A DNA stretch of 64,000 nucleotides from Octopus sinensis (lineage: Eukaryota): the NCBI RefSeq assembly GCF_006345805.1, contig NC_042999.1:151714001-151778000 (forward strand), written 5' to 3'. Shown here piece by piece: positions 24,615-34,660 of the stretch (position 1 is the stretch's first letter; each line of letters begins with the position of its first letter). Under the pieces are notes generated by a model that saw only the letters and a list, made by a program, of their open reading frames with translations, did not search any database and was not told the origin of the DNA. Made by a program: the position numbers and the translations under genes.

Positions 24615-24799
24615 GATGAACTTCTTTCAGTTTCTCTCTACCAAATCAATTTACAAGGCTTTGGTAGGCCCGAGGCTATAGTAGAAGGCACTTGCTCAAG
24701 GTGCCACGCAGTGGGATTGAACCTGGAACCATGTAGTTGGGAAGCAAGCTTCTTACCACACAGCCATGCCTGCGCCTACTTAGAAATATATCTAGATAA

Positions 24800-24809
24800 A
24801 TGGACAGAC

Positions 24810-24868
<59 letters not shown>

Positions 24869-24890
24869 CAGATAGATAGATAGACTGACA
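24800..24890. repeat. (GATA)n tetranucleotide microsatellite
   Basis: Direct reading. Confidence 0.95.
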
Positions 24891-25169
24891 GATGTGTGTG
24901 TGCTTGTGCACTTGTACATCAGTGTTTCTTTCTGCGATTGCATTGTTTTGAGAGTGCAGCTTTATGGGTACGGGGGTCTAGGTGCATCAGTCAGCTTCAT
25001 GTGTTTACACTTGCATCTGTGAGGGAGAGTGGGAGGTTGAGAAAGACTGGAAGAGAGAGAATGAGGGGAGGGCACATGAGGTTGGTTCGTAAGAACCTTG
25101 AACTTTACCACTTGTTTTCCTTCTGTTTGCCTTCTTTAAGGATAGTGACAACAATATAAGGTGGTGGAG

Positions 25170-25420
25170 AGTGAAGTTGCTTTAGTAGCAGCAGCAGTAG
25201 TAGTAGTAGTAGTACTAGCAGTAGTAGTAGTAGTAGTAGTAGTAGCAGTAGTAGTAGTAGTAGTAGTAGCAGCAGCAGCAGCAGTAGCAATATTAGTTGT
25301 AGTAGTAGCAGCAGCAGCAGTAGTAGTTGTAGTAGTAGCAGCAGCAGCAACAGCAATAGCAGTAGCAGTAAAAATAGTAGTAGTAGTATTAGTAGTAGTA
25401 GTAGTAGTAGTAGTAGTGTA
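25170..25420. repeat. (AGT)n/(AGC)n compound trinucleotide tract
   Basis: Direct reading. Confidence 0.9.
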
Positions 25421-25872
25421 TGTAAACAAAACATTTGCACTAGGAGGGTTTATTTGCTGAAGTGGTGGGTGGGAGCGTAAAGTAACAATTAAATAAATAA
25501 ATGAATGAATAAATAGAACATAGAGAAAACAGAAAACGTGTAGGTGTTTTTGTATCTGTAGTTGCTATGGAGATGATGCAGACCTCTGAATATGGCTGAC
25601 TGCTTTCATAGGTGTGAGCAACAGTTAGCAAGATAGATAGATAGGTCTACAACTAGGCACACACACACACATCTCCCTCAGTTTCTTATGTGTGTGTGTA
25701 TGTGTATATGTATATGTGTATAAATGTGTTTATATATGTATATGTGTGTGTATGTACATATATATATGTGTGTGTGTGTATATATATATGTACATGTGTG
25801 TGTATATATATATAGGTGTATATATGTATATGTGTGTGTATATATATATATATGCATATACATATATATATA

Positions 25873-25922
<50 letters not shown>

Positions 25923-26100
25923 ACATGTAATCCAAGCAGACCGTTCACAACTGCAAGCTGGAGTTTCGCCCGCAGGCTAATGTGCCAAAAGGCAAACTCT
26001 CCAAGACACTGCTTCAATTAAATCTAGACTACTCTGTGTCTATTATTGAGTACCATTTGCTTGTGTTTATATTCACCAATATCCTCTCGCTCGTTCACTA

Positions 26101-26139
<39 letters not shown>

Positions 26140-26381
26140 TGTTTATATATAATTAAAAGCGTACATACATACATGTGTGTATGTTTGTGTATGTATATGG
26201 ATATGCATATATATATATATATATGATTTACATACAAATGTGTGTATGTATGTATGAATGTGCTTGCATGTGTGTATGTATGTATAAATATATATATATA
26301 TATATATAATATATATATGATGATGATGATATATATATGTGTGTGTGTGTAATATATATATGTGTGTGATATATATATATA

Positions 26382-26428
<47 letters not shown>

Positions 26429-26461
26429 GTATATATATATATATATATATGTGTGTATATC

Positions 26462-27000
26462 ATCATAATCATCATTTAACGTTACGCTTTCCATGCTAGC
26501 TGGGTTGGACGGTTCAACTGGGGTCTGGGGAGCCCGAAAGCTGCACCAGTCCAGTCAGATCTGGCAGTGTTTCTACAGCTGGATGCCCTCCTAACGCCAA
26601 CCACTCCGAGATAGTGGGTGATTTTATGTGCCACGACACAGGTGCCAGACGAGGCTGACAAACGGCCACGCTCGGAGGTGTTTTTGTATGTGCCACCGAC
26701 AAGGTGCCAGACGAGGCTGGCAGACGGCCACGCTCGGATGTGTTTTTATGTGCCACCGACACAGGTGCCAGACGAGGCTGCAGACGGCCCGCTCGGATGG
26801 TGTTTTTATGTGCCACCGACACAGGTGCCAGACGAGGCTGGCAGACGGCCACGGCGGATGGTGTTTTTATGTGCCACGACACAGGTGCCAGATGAGGCTG
26901 GCAAACGGCCACGATCGGATGGTGCTTGTTACTGCCCACAGCACGGAGGCCAGTCGATGCGGTACTGGCTACGGCCACGTTCGGATGGTTTTCTTATGTG
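26462..27000 (-). mobile_element. RTE 3' end with expanded hairpin array, head-to-head with the full-length LINE
   Basis: (CAT)n tail at 26462, GGATGCCCTCCTAACGCCAACCACTC, then six ~62-bp units; bounded on both sides by (TA)n. Confidence 0.9.
26618..26987 (-). repeat. Tandem array of five near-identical plus one divergent ~62-bp hairpin units
   Basis: Plus-strand unit GGTGTTTTTATGTGCCACCGACACAGGTGCCAGACGAGGCTGGCAGACGGCCACGCTCGGAT with the internal stem TGCCAG/CTGGCA. Confidence 0.9.
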
Positions 27001-27020
27001 GTATATATATATATATTATG

Positions 27021-27055
<35 letters not shown>

Positions 27056-27259
27056 ATGGTATACCACGCATGCCGGAAGTTCCTATTCTCTGCCATTCCG
27101 GGGTTGCTTCCCATGAAGACTGCAAATGTTCTCACCATCCCTACCCCTCCCTACCCCTAGTCTCGACCTATGTAAGGTAATGTTCATACAGTGCAAAATA
27201 TGAAAGGCTAGCGTTATGAGGTTGTACTGAAGGCTACTTTACTACTTCATTTCTTGCAC

Positions 27260-30200
27260 ATGAATTCTGCCAAATGCGAGCTTTCTTTTCAGGTACACGA
27301 AGCTACTGTCCACCGTCCCAGGGTCTCTAGAGCCCATGCCTCCCACACCCTCAGGGTTGGCACCCTCAACGTTGGCACTCTGAAAGGTAGGTCTGGTGAG
27401 ATAGTCGAGATGCTTGAACGGAGATGTGTGGATATATGTTGCATGCAAGAAATAAGGTGGAGAGGAGGATCAGCTAGGTTCCTCACAGGCAAGGAACGCA
27501 GGTACAAGATTTTCTGGGCAGGGAACACTGACGGGGTTGGTGGCGTGGGTATACTTATCGTTGAGAAATGGGTAGATAAAGTAATTGAGGTAATCAGAGT
27601 ATGTGACAGAATACTTAAGATTAGATTAGTGCTTCATCATAGTTTAGCAACCATTATATCAGCCTATGCTCCTCAGTCGGGGCTACCCGATGGACAGAAA
27701 GACCGATTCTATGACACTCTACTGCAGACTACTCGTTGACGAACGACAGAGACCTTATCTTTGTGGCTGGTGACTTCAATGGTCACGTTGGACGACATGC
27801 TGGGGGCTTCCATGGCGTACATGGAGGCTATGGCTATGGCTCCCGCAACGAGGAGGGAACCAGGCTGCTGGAGTTCTGCGATGCAATAATCTTATGATTT
27901 GCAACACTAACTTCAGGAAACCTACCAGCCACCTAGTCACTTACCAATCGGGCCAACATACCAGCCAAATTGACTACATCCTTACAAGGCAAAGGGAGAG
28001 ATGGCTGCTTATAAATGCCAAACCTTCCCAGGTGAAGAATGTACCCCACAACATAGACTGGTAGTTAGTGACTTTAGGATCAGGACTAGGAGGACAACCA
28101 GAAGACGACAAATATGGAGAAGAAGGATCTGGAAGCTTAAAGATCCTGCAAATGGACAGAGATTTAGGGACATATTACTTGAAGCCTCTGACGAAGTAGA
28201 AGGGGATAGAGCATCACAGGGGGTAGAAGACAGCTGGACGTTTCTAAGGGACAACCTGCTGAGAGCCACTGACCAGATCTGTGGCTGGTGCAAGGTCCCC
28301 TCTCGACCTAGAATAACGTGGTGGTGGAACAATATTGTAGACAGGGCTATTAGAGAAAAGAGACAGGCTTGGAAGGTCTGGAAAAAATGGGGGTAGCAGG
28401 GGATTGTATCAGACTGCCAAAAGAGAAGCTAGGAGACAGGTTTATTTAGCCAGAGGGGAAGCAGATAAGAAAAAATTTGCCAATGTTCTGCGCCGTGAGG
28501 ACCAAAGACTGGAGGTGTTCGTGTTGCAAGACAGTGTGGAGAGAGAATCGTGATGTGGTAGGAGAGAAGTGTGTTCGCATGGAAGATGGTTCACTTGCGC
28601 TAAATGAGGATGCAAAGAGAGAGGTTTGGAGATGCCACTATGAAAGGTTGCTGAATGAAGAAAATGAATGGGATAAAGAGAGTCTGCCGAATGTTGACCC
28701 AACAGAGGGACCAGCTATCCGAGTTGATAGTTCCGTGGTAGCTAAGGCAATTAGAAGCATGAAGACAGGGAAAGCCCCAGGCCCATCAGGAATCACTGCA
28801 GAGATGCTCAAAATGTCTGGTAGTGTTGGCTATAGCCTAGTCACCCGTATAGTTAATCAGGTGATACACAAAGGGGTCATACCCAATGACTGGTGTAGCA
28901 GTATAATAGTCAACTGCTACAAAGGTAAAGGTGATGCCCTAGATACAAATAACTACAGAGGTATCAAGCTGTTGGACCAGGTGATGAAGGTTACAGAGAG
29001 GGTCATAGCCCAACTAATTAGAGAGAGAGTTAGTTTAGATGAGATGCAGTTTGGGTTTGTGCCAGGGAAAAGTACTACTGATGCTATATTCCTGGTAAGG
29101 CAGCTGCAGGAGAAATACCTAGCCAAAGATAAGCCCCTGTACCTGGCTTTTGTTGACATGGAGAAAGCCTTCGACAGGGTCCCCCGATCCCTTATCTGGT
29201 GGGCAATGAGGAAACTAGGGATAGATGAATGGTTAGTGAGAGCTGTGCGGGCCATGTACAGGGACGCCGCTAGTAGGGTGAGGGTTGGAAATGTGTACAG
29301 TGAAGAATTCCGGGTAGAGGTAGGAGTCCACCAAGGCTCAGTACTCAGCCCCCTCCTATTTATCAGTCCTCCAGGCAATAATGGAGGAATTCAAGACAGG
29401 ATGCCCTTGGGAGCTCCTCTATGCTGATGACCTTGCTCTAATTGCTGAGTCGCTATCAGAACTGGAGGAGAAGTTTCAGGTGTGGAAACAAGGATTAGAA
29501 TCGAGGGCCTCAGAGTCAATCTAGCTAAAACCAAAGTCGTAATCAGTAGGAAGGTAGACAAATCACAAACACCTTCAGGTAGATGGCCCTGCTCGATCTG
29601 TAGAAAAGGTGTAGGTAGAAACTCTATAAGATGCACCAAGTGTAAGCTATGGAACATAAGAGATGCAGCAATGTCAAAGGAAGGCTAACTAGGAGATGGT
29701 TTTTGTATGTGGCAGATGCTCAGGAACAATAAACACTGAAAATGCTCTGAGACCAACTTCCGTCACTTTCCAGGGAGAAAAACTAGAAATAGTTGATAGT
29801 TTCCGTTACCTAGGTGACCAAGTCAGCAGCGGGGGCGGGTGTGCTGAAAGTGTAACTGCTAGAGTAAGAATAGCTTGGGCAAAGTTCAGAGAGCTCTTAC
29901 CTCTACTGGTGACAAAAGGCCTCTGCACAGAGTGAAAGGCAGACTGTATGATGCGTGTGTACGAACAGCCATGCTACATGGCAGTGAAAATGGGGCCGTG
30001 ACTGCTGAGGATATGCGTAAGCTCGCTAGAAATGAAGCCAGTATGCTCCGATGGATGTGTAATGCCGGTACTCACACTCGGCAGAGTGTAAGTACCTTGA
30101 GAGAAAAGCTGGACCTAAGAAGCATCAGTTGTGGTGTGCAAGAGAGACGTTTGCGCTGGTATGGTCATGTGGCGAGAATGGATGAAGATAGTTGTGTGAA

Positions 30201-30372
30201 AAAGTGCCACACCCTAGCGGTTGAGGGAACCTGTGGAAGAGGCAGACCCAGGAAAACCTGGGACGAGGTGGTGAAGCACGACCTTCGAACTTTAGGTCTC
30301 ACTGAGGAAATGACTAGAGACCGAGACCTCTGGAAGTGTGCTGTGCGCGAGAAGACCCGGCAGGACAAGTGA
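27260..30372 (+). pseudogene. RTE polyprotein: APE endonuclease + reverse transcriptase (frameshifted as assembled)
   Basis: APE motifs GTLNV, CMQEIRW, SAYAPQ, AGDFNGHVG, QIDYIL, QHRLVV; RT motifs KAPGPSG, YRGIKLL, QFGF, FVDMEKAFDRV, GVHQGSVLSPLLF, YADD (29420-29431), FRYLG (29801-29815); RTE C-terminus GRGRPRKTW; stop at 30372. About 12 indels must be corrected to join the ORF-track fragments. Confidence 0.92.
29590..29719 (+). other. PHD-type C4HC3 zinc finger embedded in the RT
   Basis: After correcting two 1-bp deletions: C-S-I-C...C-T-K-C-K-L-W-x-H-K-R-C...C-G-R-C, located between GLRVNLAKTK and FRYLG. Confidence 0.7.
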
Positions 30373-30442
30373 GTCCATAACCCATGGCCTTCTACATGGG
30401 ATGGAGCCAGCCTACGTATGCATACCTTCCCTTCTTGGGACA

Positions 30443-30639
30443 CAAAACTCTACTTGTGAAGACGTGATGAGGCAAGTGAGGATCAGATCGAAATCGATCA
30501 ATGGAAATTGCGGATGTGCTACCAGTGCCGGTGGCATGTCAAAACTCTGCTTGTGAAGACCCGTTGAGGCAAGTGACGATCAGAATCGAAATCGATCAAT
30601 GGAAATTGCAGATGTATTACCAGTGCCAGTGGCATGTAA
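30443..30639 (+). repeat. ~99-bp tandem duplication in the LINE 3'UTR
   Basis: AAAACTCTACTTGTGAAGAC...CCAGTGCCGGTGGCATGTC (30443-30540) followed by AAAACTCTGCTTGTGAAGAC...CCAGTGCCAGTGGCATGTA (30541-30639). Confidence 0.85.
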
Positions 30640-30996
30640 GAGAACTTTCCGTTTCGCGACCGTTGCCAGCACCGCCCCGTTTCGTGTCCGTTGCCAGCCT
30701 CGCCTGGCCCTCGTGCCGGTGGCACATAAAAAGCACCATCCGTTCGTGGCCGTTTGCCAGCTCTGTCTGGCACCAGTGCGGGTGGCACGTAAAAAGCACC
30801 CACTACACTCACGGAGTGGTTGGCGTTAGGAAGGGCATCCAGCCGTAGAAACACTGCCAGATTTGACTGGGCCTGATGAAGCCTTCTGGCTTCACAGACC
30901 CCAGTAGAACCGTCCAACCCATGCTAGCATGGAAAACGGACGCTAAACGATGATGATGATGATATATATATGTGTATATATATATATATATGTGTG

Positions 30997-31032
<36 letters not shown>

Positions 31033-31971
31033 TATACACATACATATATATATATATGAGATGCATTCTTTCACAGCACACTCACACATTACATAGGACC
31101 ACATTTTATTCATTAAAATATAATGGTATTTACATTTAATCCATAAGTGGTAATCACTGCAGAGCAATAACCTTTGTCCAGTGATGTTTAGTGTCTGGGG
31201 TGGGCAGGGGTGGAGGTATATTTTGGAAGATCATCACCAGCTTAAGTTTTCTTTTCTTTCCTTTTGTTGTTGTTGTTGGCTCTTCTTCTTTCTACCTTGT
31301 GTTTCTTCATTTTCTGCTTTTCCACCTCCTTTTCTAACTTGCTGATTTTCATAACTACTACTACTACTACTACAACTACAACTACTACCACCACCATCAC
31401 CTCCTTTCTCCCTCTTCCTTCCTCGTTCCCCCTCCTTTCTCCCTCGTTCCTACTTCCTCCTTCTTTCCACACCCTCTCCTTCCTTGTTCCTCCTTCCTGC
31501 CTGCCTCCTTCTTTCTCCCTCCCACTCCCCTCCTCTTCCCATCCCTCCATCACCACCACCACCTCCTCCTTCTAACAAGCTGTAAGTTGTAAAGATAAAC
31601 ACCTGTAATTTAACAATAGTTATTATAACAATAGATTAAATGTAATTAATACAACACTAATTCCATAATTTCTTCTGACCTTAAAAATCCTTCTTGTGAC
31701 ACTTTTACTGCATCCTTCAAGTAATAAATTAAATTTTAGAAGAGACACAGGTATAGCAGCATGATTAAGAAGATTTCTTCCCAAACCACATAGCTTTGGG
31801 TTCAGTCCCACTCTGTAACACCTCGAGGCCAACCAAATCCTTTGTGAATGGATTTGGTAGATGGAAACTGAAAGAAGCCCATCATATGTATGTTTGTTAT
31901 TTCTTAGTTTCACTCTTGATTTCTCATCAATGGAGAAAGCACTCTTGGAATTTCAAGAATATCAGCATATA

Positions 31972-32762
31972 GGCACAGGAGTCGCTGTGTGGTAAGCAGC
32001 TTGCTTACCAACCACATGGTTCTATGTTCAGTCCCATTACATGGCAGCCTTGTGAGTGGATTTGTTAGATGGAAACTGAAAGAAGCTCGTTATATATATA
32101 TGTATATATATTATATGTATGTGTTTGTATATGTTTGTGTGTCTGTTTGTCCCTCCCTTCGTTGCTTGACAACCGATGTTGGTTTGTTTATGTCCCCATA
32201 ACTTAGTGGTTCTGCAAAAGAGACTGATAAAATAAGTACTAGGCTTACAAAGAATAAGTCTTGGGGTTGATTTGTTTGACCAAAGGTGATGCTTCAGCAT
32301 GGCCACAGTCAAGTGACTGAAGCAAGTAAAAGAATAAAAACATATTGTGCTTGTTTGTGTAAAGTAGGCACAGGCATGGTGGTTTAGTAAGAAGCTTGGT
32401 TCCAAACCATGTGGTTCTGGGTTCATTGCGACTGTGTGACTCCTTTTACTATAGCCTCAGTCCGACCAAAGCCTTGTGAGTGGATTTGACAGACAGAAAC
32501 TGAAAGAAGCCTATATATATATTATATATTTATGTATGTGTCTTTGTGGTGTTTGTGCCCCCCCCCACGCCCACCACCACTTGACAACTGATATTGGTGT
32601 GTTTACTTCCCCATAACTTAGCGGTTCGGCAAAAGACACTGATAGTATAAGTACTAAGCTTACGATGAATAAGTCCTGGGGTTGATTTCTTCAACTAAAA
32701 GGCGGTACTCCAGCATGGCCACAGCATGGCCACAGACTGAAACAAGTAAAAGAATAAAAGAA
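31972..32762 (+). mobile_element. Two tandem full-length family C SINEs
   Basis: Heads at about 31972 and 32368, each with CORE-like segment, microsatellite and ...GACTGAAACAAGTAAAAGAATAAAA tail. Confidence 0.85.
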
Positions 32763-34283
32763 TATGTGCATGTGTGTGGGTGCGTGCATGCATATGTTTA
32801 GGATCCTTGTCTTGACATCACACGCTGCTTGTAGGTGAGGGTCACTATCCTACAAAGAATATCTTTTGTTTGCAATCTTCCATTAAAGTGTGTCTGGTGA
32901 GGGTTGGCAATCAGAAGAGCATTTGATCATAGAAAATCTGCCTCAACAAATTCCATCTGATCCATACAAGCCTAGAAACGTGGACATTAAAACAATGAGA
33001 ATGATGACAGTGATGATAACAAGGGGAAGATGGTGATGATAGTGATTATGATGTTGATGACATCTAAGTGACTCAGAAATCTTTTATATGCAAATAATTT
33101 TATAAAGAAATGATACAAAAGAAATGAGACAAAATAACATCTAATGGTCTTAGAACAAAGTCATCTACCAATTGACTTCATTGCTATTTGGAGTTGTTCT
33201 AACTGTGGAGAAGTTAAGATATCAATCATTTCCAATTCTATATGGAATTGCTATGTGGAGTTGTGCCATCTATAGCAAATCATCCGTTGGTGCCATTGGT
33301 AAATAGAATTCTTCTGTCAGAAATCCTATTTTGGTATGCCAGAAATGACATCAAATGATGATGATGATGATGGTGATGATTTCTCTGAAGATCCCATCTT
33401 GCCTGTAGGTAGTTCAGCCAAAATTGGAGTGTCCTCTCTAGGATTTCAAGTCTGAGAAAAATGACAAGAAATTTCAGCTATTATCTATGTTGTAGCTACT
33501 CTTCCCTACAGCATTAATGTAACAAGTCTGTCATCTACCACTTGTGGTTTATCTTCCTTTCTTCCATCAGTTTAGTTGGCCTTCACATGGCCTCTATGAT
33601 TGATGTGTGATGCACCTCTTTCTAAGCTAGGATTTTTTTTAAGGAAGAATAAATGCTGATTCATGTTGAACATGTATTGTAGGCTTCTGCAGGGCATTGA
33701 AAACACTACAGCAAACATCTTTCTGAATAAGCACGAGTTCTCCTTTCAGATGAAGTCATAGTGTTATTTTGTTCTAACTTTAGTGTTTTCTTGGTAAAGA
33801 TATTAGGGTGGTTTGTCATTGCCTTCACCAACTGGATGGCCGTTGGCCCACAAGAAGCTCATCTGCCTTTTGACAGGACTTGTTTTTTGTCCTGCCGGGC
33901 ATTCAGACAATTTCCTTGCAAGAGTAGCAATCCACTAATTGGGGGAGCTGGTTTAATCACCAATCACTCGACTATGGAAAGAGCTAGTACTAGTTTACAA
34001 GATACCAGTAGCAAGTTACGTCAGTCTGTGATGAGATTCCTGACCTGACCTAAGCTAGGATCACATCCCCAAAGCTAGCTATTCTCTTTAGGGAATAATG
34101 TCTAGTGATTCAGTAAATCATGTGATCAGGTTACATCATTTGTATTTAGTTGCACAACAGATATGTGGTCTGCTATTTATTATCTCATTATGTTTTGAAC
34201 CAAGAATGATGATGGAGACTTATATCTGAATCAGTCAAGACATGAAACAGAATTTGGTGAAAGCGGAAAACAAAACAAGACTT

Positions 34284-34660
34284 CAGTTCTATATTTAAGA
34301 GATGAGGAATTATGTACATTATTTACACTATTTACATTTGACAGATATTTGTCCTCATCTTGTTTGTTGTTAATACAATGTTTTGGCTGATATACCCTCC
34401 AGCCTTCATTATGTGTCCACCCATGAGCATATGGCATAGTGGTTAAGAGCACAGGCTACCAACCCCAAGATTCCGAGTTCGATTCCAGGCAGTGACCTGA
34501 ATAATAATAATAATAATAATAGCAACAACAACAACATTGAAAAATACCTTAGGAATGAGAACCCAGGTTCGAAATTTTCCCAAGACACCTGATGAAAGCT
34601 GGAGGGTATATCAGCCAAAACTTGTTAACAAACAAGATGAGGACAAATATCTCTAAAATA
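34284..34660. mobile_element. tRNA-head element with Penelope-like hammerhead-bearing tail, preceded by an inverted copy of the tail
   Basis: Minus-strand tail copy 34284-34416; plus-strand head 34425-34499 (A-box TGGCATAGTGG 34432, B-box GAGTTCGATTCC 34475); (AAT)n(AAC)n; body; tail with CTGATGA at 34589-34595. Confidence 0.7.
34585..34626 (+). ncRNA. Degenerate minimal type I hammerhead-ribozyme motif
   Basis: ACAC-CTGATGA-AA-GCTG-GAGGGTATAT-CAGC-C-AAAAC-TTGTT: core CUGAUGA intact, stem II intact, GAAA present as AAAA (CpG decay inferred). Probably inactive copy. Confidence 0.45.

Larger units (their letters stand above)
27059..30962 (+). mobile_element. Near full-length RTE-clade LINE
   Basis: Single APE+RT reading unit, ~590-bp 3'UTR with hairpin units, (GAT)n tail at 30950-30962; flanked 5' and 3' by (TA)n (TSD not resolvable). 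Confidence 0.95.

Noticed and set aside
1-26500. Dozens of ORFs made of YI/VC/HT/poly-T, H, V, L runs (e.g. 1-288, 18510-18974, 19245-19873, 20662-21272, 25105-25460)
   Set aside because: They are translations of microsatellites, open in several frames and on both strands; no domain content. The mucin-like Thr-rich ORF 19245-19808 is a (CAC)n tract.
26618-26987. CRISPR-like repeat/spacer appearance of the ~62-bp array
   Set aside because: Eukaryotic context, no cas genes, 'spacers' are near-identical, and the units are part of the LINE 3'UTR.
27059-27130. HDV-like ribozyme expected at the 5' end of RTE elements
   Set aside because: I could not assemble the nested double pseudoknot by eye; the element may be truncated within its 5'UTR.
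30873-30895. CTGATGA followed by a hairpin in the LINE tail (possible hammerhead)
   Set aside because: No GAAA after the stem (reads TTCA), and other copies read GGTGCAGCC here, so the core is not conserved.
33140-33451. Coding-like minus-strand stretch behind a good acceptor (tttttctcag at 33452)
   Set aside because: Every frame hits stops within ~60 codons and no family is recognisable; could be an old pseudogene or TE piece but cannot be supported.
34425-34499. tRNA gene (also SINE heads at 16309, 39840, 48418, 54950)
   Set aside because: A/B boxes are present but acceptor and anticodon stems are incomplete and each runs into a repeat body; these are SINE heads.
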